A stretch of 63,889 bases of DNA, filler included, from Reticulomyxa filosa (taxonomy: Eukaryota > Protista > Foraminifera), in assembly GCA_000512085.1 (NCBI GenBank). It is 16 parts of 16 records of this genome, joined end to end, with 100 filler letters (N's around TTAATTAATTAA, not from the genome) between each part and the next. Parts side by side here need not be neighbours in the genome. Positions count along the whole stretch, not along the records: positions 24,030 to 27,286 come from ASPP01013795.1; positions 27,387 to 28,752 come from ASPP01024874.1; positions 28,853 to 32,261 come from ASPP01026948.1; positions 32,362 to 33,457 come from ASPP01000891.1; positions 33,558 to 42,994 come from ASPP01015865.1; 11 more parts are not named here. One strand, written 5' to 3'. Below the pieces are notes generated by a model. It saw only the letters and a list, made by a program, of their open reading frames with translations. It had not been told where the DNA came from and did no database searches. Positions 24,030-36,797 of this stretch are shown piece by piece; position 1 is the stretch's first letter, and every line of letters begins with the position of its first letter. The translations under genes and the position numbers were made by a program.

Positions 24030-26755
24030 CATAAAGGTGCGCCTTTCCCAGCGCAGATTCAGAGCCAAAGACAAAATCTAGTGGATGACTCAAAAGTTAA
24101 AATAGAGCCAAATTGGATTGAACACTACACGCAAAATGATAGCGCAAGCAGGCCTTTCGATTACATTGCTGAGGGAATGGATGTGTTGATTAATCCAACT
24201 CGACCCAACGAAGACGAGTGGACCATTTTGTCAAATGAGGGAATGCTCAATCAAATCACTTGTCCGAGCCGTGATAACAGCAGCCGAATTAATGCGAGGC
24301 AATTTTATCTGCTTTTTCTGTACGTGCCACTTCAAACTCGAGTTCAGAGAACAACGAGAATAGCAAAGAAAAAGCTGAGAAAAAGAAGGTAACAAGTCAG
24401 CTTATGCATATTTTTTTTTAAAAAAAAGAGTATAGTATGGATTGGCTCCAAACTTTTATAAACCTTCCTCTTCCGTTATGTGATAGAGTCAGCAGTCCGA
24501 AAAAGATACAAAATCGCCGAAAGTGGAAAAGGGATTTTTGGCCGCAATTAAGAAATTATTGAGTCCCTACAGTTTTTCACAGTCTGGAAATATTACTCGT
24601 CCCACCGTGTCCACCGATATTAAAAGTGATGATTACCGATCAGTACTCTCGCGATTTACTTTAAAAGATTACCCAAAGTAACAAAATTCACTTTTCTTAC
24701 TTTATAAATAAAAATAAAAAAGAAATTGTTGTATTGGAATCATCCTTCCCCCCCCTCCTTTTTTTTTTTTTGGCATGACATAGTGGGATAGGAAGCCGTG
24801 CAAGAAAGATTGCACAGATATGTATATCCCCAGATGGTAAGTATGCCGCTTTGATAGATGATGTTGCCAGAATATCGATACTGGATTGCACAAGTTTGAC
24901 CGTGAGGCGTATGATTAAAGGCTATCGATACGTGCACCTTGGATGGCTCTTTGTGAATCCTCATGTACTCGAACTAACTCCATCTCAGATCAAACCACGT
25001 AGTCCTCAAGCACTACCAAAAGATGACGATAGCTCCTCATTGACTCCAATTTCTCTTGTTGATGCCGACGATAGTTGCAAAGCGTTTGACTTTTCGGAGC
25101 CAATGCGCATCGGCAATACCACGACTCCATCTTTTAATTCAAAAAAGAGCCACCACGCGGCCAAGCATTTGCCAGAAAGGACAACAAAGCAGCCTCCGTC
25201 TCAAGCCACCAGAGCGTCAAAACGGCAAAATTCGCCTGCATCCCAGCATTCGAATTCGGAGGAGTTTATCAATAAGCCCATTTCACCTCCAACTATTTCC
25301 AATGAACAATCCTCTGGCTCCAGTGAAGTCAAAGCAGCCGTTGGCACTATTCGTCGAACAGATTGTGAGCCAGATTGTCCAACTTTTCGAAACTATCATC
25401 GTGCCCGAATTCAAAACAGGCTTAATGCAGATACGTTGCCATATGATGGAGTGGGGTATGTCAACGGAGCCTCCCCAGCAACGCCTTCAGATGCGTCAAA
25501 AACAGGTAGTAATAGTAGTGGTAGCTCACAACATGAACACAGCAAATTGGCAAAGTCTCCACCATCTTCTACGTATTCCGTTAAAACAGTAGTAGCGGAA
25601 GATGATGAAAAAAACAAAGAGCATGGAGCAGTGCGGCAACAGCAGGAACAGAGTAGCTTTACTTTTGCTAACGAAGCAAATTGCCAACATCGTCAGCTGC
25701 TAAATGATATGACGTACTCCACACACCGACGAAATGTGTTGCTGTTCGTGATCTATGCTCCGCGTCGGGGACTCTTGGAAATATACAGGATTGGACAAAA
25801 ACAAAGGCTACATGCAATGAAAGTACCTCTTCATTGCACGTTAATTAGTGCATACAATTGGAACACAAGTCCGCCATGGCCTTATCTCTTACTCCGAAAA
25901 GAGAACGGAGAATTGTGTAAATTGACAGTAAGCTCTAAAATATTGAACACAGAGAGCACAAGCCCGAGTAAAAGTTTTGTTGAAAAAAATAATCAAAGTG
26001 ACGTCAACATTTGCGACCACTCACAACTTCATGACAGCAATGAACGTTTGCAACGCCTTTCCTTTCGTCACGAAGAAGAGTGGGAGCATTACTCCAAAAC
26101 ACACTTTCAAGTGGTTCAAAACAATTTTCTTTGTTACTCACTTGCGAGTAATGTAAATAGCTCTACGAACACAGATTTTCACTCAAAATGGAAAGGCATT
26201 CACACCGCCATTGGAAAGTATGTCGCGTCACCGCTTTCCAAAGACGTACAAACCATTAAATGGTTTGTCCGCATCAATGAGTGCAATGGCGGATTGGCGA
26301 TTGGAATCGTACAAAACACTTCCGATTTGTCTCTCAAAGTCTCTCAACATAAATGCTTTGATTTTACCGAAAGCATGCAAGGCATGTTAACAATAAAAAA
26401 AAAAAAAAAAAAAAAAGAGTCATTATTAATATTTTGTTGTTGTTTTTTTTTTTTTTGGCTTGCATAAAAAAAAAAAAATAAAGGGTGGGCGTACGGGTGC
26501 AACGGTACCATAAAACATAATGGCCACACGGCCAAGTATGGAAGTCGATACAGTAGTGGAGATGTTATCACCGTAATTCTAAATTTAGAGAATGGAGATT
26601 TGAGTTTTGCAATAAACGGCAAAGCCCCGCAGGTTGCATTTGTGCTTTATAAGCCTCATTTACCTCCCATTCATCAACGCTCTTACCGTTTGGCAGTTAG
26701 TGTTGGACTTGACTTCACTGCTAAGCTTACTCTTTGTGGCGTTGCTTTTTGCTGA
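24030..26755 (+). CDS. RAB3GAP2 N-terminal domain protein with a C-terminal SPRY domain (5' truncated)
   Basis: ICISPDGKYAALIDDVARISILD...RRMIKGYR and LFVIYAPRRGLLEIY match the Rab3GAP regulatory subunit N-terminus. KWFVRINE...LAIGIV and YGSRYSSGDVITVILNLENGDLSFAING match SPRY. Stop TGA at 26753-26755. Confidence 0.8.
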
Positions 26756-27409
26756 TGAGCAGTTCTCATACAGCAAAAAAAGTGTTCTTTTTTAAAACAT
26801 CTGTTTAGCTTTTCTGGTTTTTTTTATTCTTTTTTTTTTGCGGGTTTATTCAATTGATAATATGCGTGTTGCAAAGATACTTCTTCTTCTTCAACGGAGA
26901 AGGTGTTGAAAGTTATTATTTGTGTTATGGTTCGTGTTCGATTTTTTGTGTTGTTTTTTCCTCTGGATAGTTTTCATTATTTTATTTATTTTGGTTTTTC
27001 TATTTTTAAAAATGAAACAGCTGTCGGAGATTTACGTGTTAGCATTTTGGGTGCCAAAGTGTTGTTTTTTTTTGTTTGGGCATTGGAAAAGCAGTGAATG
27101 TTTGATACTTTCGACTTTTTTTTTTTTTTTTAGGAGTGATATACATGGCAGCATTTTCAAACTGAGACTTGTCAGTTTGATTCCATTGCAACAGTTTTTT
27201 TTAAAAAATAGGGCAAAAAAAAGAAAGAACAACAATAGAAAACAAAGCATTATTTTTCAAAAAAAAAGATAAGAAAGTGGCTGTGGNNNNNNNNNNNNNN
27301 NNNNNNNNNNNNNNNNNNNNNNNNNNNNNNTTAATTAATTAANNNNNNNNNNNNNNNNNNNNNNNNNNNNNNNNNNNNNNNNNNNNCAATTTTTGAGCAT
27401 CCAACAACA

Positions 27410-27480
27410 TCTTTTTTTTCTCTTTCCTTTTTTTCTCTTTCCTTTTTTTCTCTTTCCTTTTTTTCTCTTTCCTTTTTTTT
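27410..27480. repeat. Short tandem repeat of a ~17-18-nt pyrimidine unit (ttttttctctttccttt)
   Basis: About three direct copies of the ctctttcc core separated by T runs. Confidence 0.75.
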
Positions 27481-28044
27481 TTTAAAGTATGATTTAAACT
27501 GTTCTTACGCAACAAACAGCCACAAATCTTTTTTTCTAGGATTGAACAAATTTGGATATAACTTTAAAGAGATTATTTGTGGTTACAAAGAAAACGTGGC
27601 TTATTATGCAAAAAAAATTAATTACTCAAATCACTCCCCCAATTTTCCTTTTTTTTTTTAATGAAATGATAATGAAAATAAATTTAAAATGTATTGAAAT
27701 TGAAATTAAAAATGTCTTTCCTCGTTCTGTGTGTGAAAACTACAATTTACTTTTCCACAAGAATGAGTTTTGGAGAAAGAAAAGGTCAGCTGAAAGTTCA
27801 GACCAAACTTTTTTAGGGTTAATAAGTGACAAATGTTTCCTTTGTGTTTCTTGGTTCATTTCAAGGAATTGAAACTGTAACGATTGTATTTTTGCAAGAA
27901 AAAATGTCAGGCGGAAAGGGTTGAAAGATCAACATTCATTAGTTTTATTTTAAAAATTTCAATCAGACGCTTTCAAATGTAATTTTTTTTTTTATGCTGA
28001 GTAAATGTATTGATAAAAATGTTTTAATTCAACTAAACAAAAAC

Positions 28045-28629
28045 TCATTTATCCTTTTTATTGGAATCTTGATTTTGATTTGCAATATCTTCAGTCTGTT
28101 CTTCGTTATCTTTGTCTCCTTTTCCTTTTCTTCTCCTTAGACCATTTTCGGTGGGATTGTTTTCTTTAGTGTCATTTTTCATATCTGTTACGGTTGAAGA
28201 ACTCTCCGTGACATCCTAGTTTTCAAATGAAAAAGCACATCATTAAATTAGTTAAAAAGATGCAATCAATTTTGCTTGTTTTTTTTTTTTTTTAAAAAAA
28301 AAAAGCATAACAATTTTGGGTTGATATCCATATTCATTGGTTCTGGAATAATCAATTGGATAAATCCATTTTTGATACAAATAGATTAAGAAAATGACAT
28401 CATCACGAAAACAAGAAAGGCGATGCATCCAAGGCATTGTGATCAAAAATGCAAACAAATCATCGATAATGGTATTTAAGAATTTGTAAGTCAGCATACG
28501 CCAAGGTAAGTGTGCAACTGATTTCAGTTTATAATTCAAGTACAGTTGTGGGCATAACATGATGAATCCAAACATATAAATAAATGAGACCAGTGTACTC
28601 AACACAAATGAGTACCATCCTTTATGTTC
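28045..28629 (-). CDS. CLPTM1: CLPTM1/CLPTM1L family ER membrane protein, 3' exons
   Basis: HKGWYSFVL...FGFIMLCPQLYLNYKLKSVAHLPWRMLTYKFLNTIIDDLFAF...HRLSCFRDDVIFLIYLYQKWIYP; the last exon 28215-28045 ends KKDK* (KKxx ER-retrieval motif). Confidence 0.92.
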
Positions 28630-28852
28630 CTATGAGCCATTGAAAAAAGAAACAAAAAATTAAATAAAAGAAATGTAAATAAATAACATATACATATATT
28701 GCATATATACACATATACATATATACATATATACATATATATATATATATATNNNNNNNNNNNNNNNNNNNNNNNNNNNNNNNNNNNNNNNNNNNNTTAA
28801 TTAATTAANNNNNNNNNNNNNNNNNNNNNNNNNNNNNNNNNNNNNNNNNNNN

Positions 28853-30861
28853 TATCCATTTTACAAAGACCTCAATTCTCAGCCCATTCCAGAAGCCGAG
28901 TTTATTTCATTTATTTATTTATTTGTCCCTCCTTTTTTTTTTTAGTTTTTGTTTATATGTTTGGACAAAAAAGATATGTACAGCAAGCTTCGACCTTATC
29001 TTCCGACGCACGCAGTTTTATTGCACAATTATTGGAGCCACAAATTCACTCGCGATTGACTGCACAACAGGCATTACTGCACCCGTGGATGCAATCACAG
29101 GTTAATTTTTTTTTGGAAGTGGTGGTAATGGTTAATTTAATCCCCCCCCAAAAAAAAAAAAAAAAATTTGTGTATGGTTTGACAAAAGAAAGACATGCTG
29201 ATAAAAGTAGACGGTCGTATCTTGCAATCAATGTACGAATTTCATGTAACAAAATTGTCAAAAAAAAAGCAACATCTAAATGTTGACTACAATAAACTAT
29301 TTCAGTCGACAAGATCTTTGATTCTTTCGCATTTATCTAAACTGGGCTCTACGTTCAAAAACGATAATACAATGGCTCCGTTTTCTTCATCCGACTCCGG
29401 TCTCGAATCTGACTCTGACTCCACTTTGATTACTGCCTCTGTTTCTATGTCTGCCTCTGCTGAAGATATGTCTCCTTCGCACATACCGACGCATACGCAC
29501 ATATGTGGGTTCTCGGCTCCAAAAAAAAAGCGCAAGGCTCACACGCATAGCAATCGCATGAAATCGTTTACACTTAGTCGTGTTTTGGAAAGTGTCGATT
29601 CGTTGCTTTCAAGCTATCCCATTAAACGTTCCACACGTTATCATAGGCATCACCACGACCATGACCATGGTCATGGCCATGATCACGAATATGAAGACAA
29701 GCATGCCAACAACGATCACTGCCACCATCATTGTCATCAGCAGCAACAACAGAAGCAAAAGCAACGGCAAGGCAAAGAAAATAATTGCATTGCCACTGCA
29801 AAAGCTGACTCGGACACAGAAAATGGAGCCAGTGAAGATGAGAATGACTCTAAAACGCACGCTACGGATTTGAGAAAGAACAAAGAACAATATAGTCACA
29901 GCTATGCAAATGACGACTATTACACACATGCAAATACAAATCAGTGCATGTCTTCCCCATTAAAGCCTGTTTCTTCAATTAATTCACAAGCTGGTATTTT
30001 TCTTTTTTTTTTTTTGTTTAAACCTTCCCTAAGATATAAACAGTAATGTGACAACACACAAAGTTTGGAGCCACACGCAATTGCAAGGTATATCGCGTGC
30101 GCGCTTGCGTGCAGGGCAAAGTGCCTCCCCGGGTTCGGAGCCAGTCGGAAATAGTGATCACGGCAGCAATCCGGAGTCTGCATCCAACCAAAAAATGGTA
30201 ATGGATATGTCAGCGAAAACAACAACGATTTCAAGATCTTGCTCAGCTTCCATTGCCCCATTACGGAAACGTGTGAATCACGAGAGCACAAAAGAATATG
30301 CTACGGCAGTTGGTTTTCAAGCTGTAATGCCAAAGCACAAAGCTGCTGACAGGTAGAAAAAGAGCAAGAGAGAAAGGAAGAAATAAAAATAAATATATAG
30401 TATTTTAATTTTATAATTGTATTGAATGAAATAGAAGACCGTCAAAGGATGAACAAAATATGGAGTCGGCAATGACGCATACGTATGGACGCAATAATTT
30501 GGAAAATCAGACATCCAAAGCACATAGTGGCGCTACGTACTACGAATATTTGTCGTCACGGTTGCTGCAACAACCGAGTGTCAAGGTTGCAAAAAATTTT
30601 ACTTCCAATCAAACGGCAACAAGGAAATCAGTTGTCCATCACCGATCCAATGAGATGGGGTCATCTTCAAAGCACACAAATGAAGACAACCCTCGGGCAT
30701 TACCAACGCTGCCAAAACGTTGTAGTCCACAGCTCTTTCCAACACAAGCACAGCAAGAGCAAGTTAAATATAAATCCGGAGTCAGTTCACAAGAAATAGA
30801 TCAAAGTTCGTCCATAGAGGAAAATCAAAATCGACCAGATGTGCAAGACGAGTCGGAGTAA
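28853..30861 (+). CDS. Ser/Thr kinase (CAMK-like) C-terminal end with a long low-complexity tail (5' truncated)
   Basis: LSSDARSFIAQLLEPQIHSRLTAQQALLHPWM is kinase subdomain XI; the following exons are His/Gln/Ser-rich. Confidence 0.7.
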
Positions 30862-31359
30862 TAACGAATTAAAGGATATTGACATTACAATGTTTGAACA
30901 GTGGTTCATTAATTTGACTGACATTATTCTACTCCTCTCTTTTTCTAGCTTTCAATTTCATTTTTTTTTTTTTTTTTTGGAGATGATATTGTAAGTTATT
31001 GTGGCATAAGAAAAAAAATTGCAAGCATTTTTGTTGACTACTTTTTGTTTGCCCCAACAAGTATTGATTGTGGTCCTCCTTGTTGGTCGACAATATATAT
31101 ATATATATATTGTTTTTGTATCGTTTTTTCTTTCATTAATCGCTTTGAATAATTTTACAAAGTTTTTCGTCCACACAGAAATCTGACAAACATTCTTTCA
31201 ATCGAAGTGAACTGTTTACAAGTAAAAAAAAAATTTGGACGTAGAAGTAGTACTTTTGATTGATTAGCTCCAAAATTATGAAGGAAAAAAAAAAGCAACA
31301 TAACATTACCAAACAATACTTGAAAAAAGTAATTAATGCTTGCACCAGCGAGATGTGCA

Positions 31360-32221
31360 TTAACAAAAATGAACATTTTTGTCCATAAGTGGAGATACTT
31401 GTTTTATTGTCAGTAACTCTGGCGAATGTTCCAACAACCACATGTGATATCGTGTGATCAAGTCGTCCACGAGTGTACTTTTGGAAGCTATGTGTTCATA
31501 CAATTGAGGCAATGTGTCGTTATGCTCTCGAAAGTAATGTGAAGGATATCTTGTCTTCCATTCCCAATCTGATCTCCAGTGATTGGATGTATGAATCGCA
31601 ATTAGAGGATAGTCATTGATCGTGTTTAGAACAGGGCGATTATCTATGAAAATAACATATATTCTGCCTCTCATCTTCCTTTCCCTCTCTATTTTTCTCT
31701 CCCTCCAAAAAAAAAAAACAAAACAAAAAAAAGTGTATACGTACACACATTGTACATACGTATACACACACATAAATGACACTCTTTCTGTTATTCAAAA
31801 TTGTGACAAAAGTACTTATTTCTAATTCGAGATAAAGATTTCTGGACAGCAAGTAATGTCTTTCAATCTTTTTCATCTTGCGCGTATAAAAGTGCTCGTC
31901 CAATGGATGAAATGGCAACCAACTGTCGACGACTTCAACATAATGGATCCAAGCAAACTTGCTGAGCATCGGATCGATGATAAATTTGGGCTGATATTGT
32001 GAAAATAACATACAGCGACCGCGAGCCAAATAACTGGTAAACTTGCTTTGCGTCGGGAGACACCCAAGTTCTTCATAGCATGTACTGCTGAGATAGCGAA
32101 TCACTTCAAAATAATTCACACCAAATTGGCGATACATATAGTCCACCATATCCACCACGCGAGAGTTTTGGGATAGGTTTTGCCTTTGCTCGATACTTTG
32201 TCTTTTTCGATAAAGCGACAT
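31360..32221 (-). CDS. Hypothetical protein, 2 exons (probably 5' truncated)
   Basis: Two ORFs (32221-31640 and 31782-31360) joinable by a GT-AG intron at ~31815-31643; no family recognised. Confidence 0.6.
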
Positions 32222-32361
32222 CTTATTCGTACATAGTGATTTTTTTTTTTTTTTTTTAAAGNNNNNNNNNNNNNNNNNNNNNNNNNNNNNNNNNNNNNNN
32301 NNNNNTTAATTAATTAANNNNNNNNNNNNNNNNNNNNNNNNNNNNNNNNNNNNNNNNNNNN

Positions 32362-32700
32362 TGGAGTATATCACTCGATATCGCGACAATATGCAGAACA
32401 AAAGATTGCTTGTAATAAACACTGGTCTTTTGGATGTTACGATAAAAGCTGTAGAACATTATCGACTTCTTCTGTCCTGGGCAGCTTATTTCCACCCAAC
32501 ACGACTCATACCCGATTGCGACAATATCATCTCTGGGTTGCATGGAGATCTCTTCAACATAAAATACATGCCCTTCTTGTTTCTCCCCATTCCGAAATTT
32601 CTTAAGAATTTTCCAAAATTTTTACAATGTAAGGGTTCGTTTCCTATTCCGGAAAATAAAATTTTTTCGACAGTCAAATTTTCCAATTGTACAAAAATTT
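32362..32700 (-). mobile_element. Degenerate LINE APE-type endonuclease fragment (copy 1)
   Basis: AIGYESCWVEISCPGQKKSIMFYSFYRN, paralogous to copy 2 on the other strand. Confidence 0.65.
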
Positions 32701-32959
32701 GCCAACTGGAAATTTCTTTGATAATTTTCCTTCAATCGCAATACAACAATAAACTATCTTTCAAATGGTTGAAAATGATTATGAAAGGGATATATAATTT
32801 TTTTTTTTTTATGAAGAATAAGGCTCCGCAGCAGAATGAAGAGAAGGAACCCCTCGTATTCTTGCACAACGCGACACTCAGCCACTCCATTGAGCATGCC
32901 GTTATATCTTTATCATCAGACATCTATATTGAAGATATTTGGAAAAGAAGGAAAGATAT

Positions 32960-33457
32960 TGGCAGCGTCGATTAAAGCACATACATTTTCAACGACTTGG
33001 AGGACTGTATTTGCGCATTTTCAAACCTTGACAACACAACAATTGGAAAATCTTGTGCATAATTTCAATGAACGAGATCTTCATTCAAAACAAAGAAAAT
33101 TTGACAAGTTTCAAGTATTAGGATATAAATCGTGTTGGATTCAAATTAATTGTCCAATTATGTTTTGCAGCTTCTATCGAAATTTGAACAAGAAGGAAAT
33201 ATTGCACCAGCAATTGTTGCTTCAATTTGGATGTATTTGAAAAGATTAAAAGAAGCAAGAAAGATCATTGAGCACATTATCATTAGTGGTGATTGGAATT
33301 CACATAATCCTGCTTGATTGGACAATAGTATTGATGATATCAGTGAAATTATATTGGACTTTATTATTAATAACAATCTGCAGACTATGAATACAGCTCC
33401 ATTTACTCACACATTTGAAAAAGATGGAAGAAAGTCATCAATTGCAAGTGGTGCAGT
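32960..33457 (+). mobile_element. Degenerate LINE APE-type endonuclease fragment (copy 2)
   Basis: VLGYKSCWIQINCPIMFCSFYRN...IIISGDWNSHNPA*LD...LDFIINNNL...THTF...SSI, with the GDxN and TF motifs of Exo_endo_phos; internal stop. Confidence 0.75.
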
Positions 33458-33558
33458 NNNNNNNNNNNNNNNNNNNNNNNNNNNNNNNNNNNNNNNNNNN
33501 NTTAATTAATTAANNNNNNNNNNNNNNNNNNNNNNNNNNNNNNNNNNNNNNNNNNNNT

Positions 33559-34798
33559 GTGTGTGTGTGTGTGTTAAAAATTGCCTACTTTAAAAAAAAC
33601 AAACAGGAACAACAAACCAGTGGTGATGCGATGATACCACAAATAAGCGATGGAGGACTTGTCTCTTCCCCGATATCAATCCCAACAGCCGCGCCAATGT
33701 TACCCCTCCCAACCGTAGTGAGACATCAGGTGTCGATGATAGGTGCAGCGAGCAATATGATGAACACGTACCAACCCACAATGGCAACCGTGACGGGTTA
33801 TCCCTCTAGCACGACGCTTGCTTCCCAGCATCCACAGCATCCTCAGCATCCTCAGCATCCTCATTCCCATTCGCAACACCCTCAGCATTCTCATTCTCAT
33901 TCACATTCTCATTCACAGCATCTTCATCCTCATTCGCAACATTCACATCATCCTTCGCATTCTTCGCATACGTCGCATGTTGCTCCTCTTCCTCCCCCTC
34001 CTCCTCCTCCTCCTCCTCCTCCTCCTCCTCCTTCTCTTCAATCCACCGCATCCGCAGTTCCGACCTCGCTGCATCATCCCTCGCTGCCAATGCCAGTGCC
34101 CGTCCCCGTGGCAGTGCCAGTCCCTCTTCCGATGACAATGCTGAACTACGATCCGAGCAATGGAATGGCGCCGATGGACACCATGCTCGCGAAAACATAT
34201 CCACCGCAGCCACACGAGTACTGGACGCAATCGCAATATGCCCCGATCCCTGTGTCGCAATACCTCCCACCTTCGCCTAACGTTAACATGACTGCCAATG
34301 GTATGTCCCTCGGCTCGTCAGCTCATTACACCATGCGTTCGCCTCCGACTGCCCACGCTCACGCTCACGCTCACCCTCACCCTCACCCTCACCCTCACGG
34401 TCACACTCACACCCACGGTCACGCACACACCAACATTCCGCTCAATGTGCACGACGGATATGACAATTTGTCCCTGCTCCACAACGTCGACCTGGAGCCC
34501 GAGCAGCCCTCCCGTCTAGAGTCCACCATCCCATGCAACAACAGCAGCAACATCAACAACATCAACAACATCAACAACAGCATCAACGACACGTACACAC
34601 TCATCGTCGTCGCACCAACGTCATGTCCGGATCGACTGCTGGGATCAACATCATCGGTGGTACTGGTACTGGTACTGGGACACCAGGGGGGATTGCAGGT
34701 ATCAGTACTGGCACTAGTGCTGGCGTTGGTGGCAGCACGAGTGGTAGTACGAGTGGCAGTACAAGTGGCAGTACGAGTGGCAGTAGTGGTAGCAGCAC

Positions 34799-34840
<42 letters not shown>

Positions 34841-36228
34841 CAGTAACAGTGGCAGTGCTGGGTCTGGAAGACAACAACCTCCTGAAGGCCATGAAATGTC
34901 GAGAAATTTCGAAAAAGAACCCACCTTTTCGCTGATGTATCTCGTCGAAAACGAACTGATCGAAAAATGCGCGCAGGATCAACATGGGTCGAGGTTCATT
35001 CAACGCGCTTTGGAAACTGCCAACACAATAGAAAAAAATGCTGTTTTCAAACAGATTGAAAAATGCGCTTTGAAACTGTGCGAAGACGTGTTTGGAAATT
35101 ATGTCATCCAAAAATTTTTGAACATGGAACCGAACATCAAAGAGTTGCTTTGGCAAAGCAATTAATCGGAAACGTGTTACAATTCACCAAGTCCATGTAC
35201 GGGTGCCGTGTCATTCAAAAAGCATTTGAATGTGTAGATTTACGTATACGTATTGCATTAGTCACCGAATTGAATGGACATGTAGAAGAATGTGTTCGAG
35301 ATCAAAATGGAAACCACGTCATCCAAAAAGCGATTGAAGAAATACCACCCGAGCATTTGGATTTCATTGTCAATGCATTTCATGGCAAAGTGTATGACTT
35401 TAGCACCCATCCTTACGGTTGTCGGGTTATTCAGCGTTTGTTGGAACGATGCACGATGGAACAAAAAGAGCCTTTGTTGAAGGAAATTTTGAAGCAGGTG
35501 TCTATATTGAGCAAAGACCAATATGGCAATTATGTCGTTCAACACATGTTGCAACATGGAACCCCTCAAGCAAGAAAATCTATCATTCAAATTGTTGCCA
35601 ATAATATCGTTTCCATGTCAAGGCAAAAGTTTTCAAGGTACCCCTTTTTTTTTCTCCCAGAAATTTCTTTTTTTTTCCAGAAATTTCTTTTTTAAAAAAA
35701 AAAAACTTGTTGATTGATTGATTGCAGCAATGTCGTTGAAAAATCCTTTACTCAATCTGGAGAGGAGGAAAAAGATCTTTTGATTGAACATATCATGGGG
35801 TACCACAGTGAAACGTTAAGTGCATTTGACGATGTTTAAAAAATACTTTTTTTTTTTGTTTGTTTGTTTGGCTTTATCTCTCGAATCGATACTATTGACA
35901 CGCAAACGAAACCTGTTGTATGTTGTGTAAACTACTCAGGCCACCTATTGTGCAAATGGTAAGAGATCAATACGGAAATTATGTGATCCAAAAAATTTTG
36001 GAAGTCGCCAATCAACAACAAAGAAATCGGCTAATCAACCGTATATTCGAACTCGTCCCTAATTTGCGAAAGCTTATGTTTGGTAAACATATTATCAATA
36101 AAATCGAGCGTATTACTGGAAAGTTAAGAAATCGATGTATCTGTACATATGTGTATATGCATTTTTATTTATTTAACTAGTATTATGTTTGTGTTTGTGT
36201 GTGTGGATTGAATAGCCAGTACAAGTAA
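33559..36228 (+). CDS. PUM: Pumilio (PUF) RNA-binding protein with 8 repeats and a His/Pro/Gln/Ser-rich N-terminus (5' truncated; two apparent homopolymer frameshifts)
   Basis: Repeats [72 protein letters not shown]. Confidence 0.95.
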
Positions 36229-36797
36229 CCTTTATCATTAAAAAAAAATATCACTTGTTTGACTATGGGCGCGTGCGCATCCCGACCGAGGGATTTTCGT
36301 TTGTTGTTACTTATTTTTGTGTGTTTTTTTATTTGTTTTTAAACGGATATTTAATAAAATTGTCTTATTTGTTTTGTGTCGGCTGGCTTGCTTTATACAT
36401 TGCAAGTTGCCAAGTGAGTATAGCGTAGTTGTTTATGTGCGTGTGTGATGTTTCTGAAGATTTAAAGTATAAAGTATAAAGTATATCATGTGATTAAGCA
36501 AATCTTTGTTTGTGCAAGGAATGCTTGTATTTTTTTGGTAAGTCTTCTCTAACGTCCGCTTTCTAAGATATCATATGCAAAGAAAATTTGTTTAATTTAT
36601 TTCACTCCAACTTTTTTTTTTTGTTGGTACTTTTTGAATGCTTTAGGATATACTTTTAGTTGAACATTTTTTGCACCAATATTAACATGTAATCTCAAGA
36701 CAAGTATGTTTATTAGCATTAACCCTTTTTTCTTTGTTTTAAACGTTTTGTCGAAAATTAAAAAAACTAAGTTGATCATAGCCGATTCGAATAAGCT

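Noticed and set aside
34460-35125. Programmed frameshifting in Pumilio (frame changes at ~34467 and ~35115)
   Set aside because: Both are fixed by adding one T to a T run (AAT TTT GTC; AAA TTT TTT GAA), typical homopolymer sequencing errors.
33590-35156. Long antisense and alternative-frame ORFs (poly-E, poly-R, poly-V, poly-T)
   Set aside because: Shadow frames of trinucleotide repeats in the Pumilio low-complexity region.
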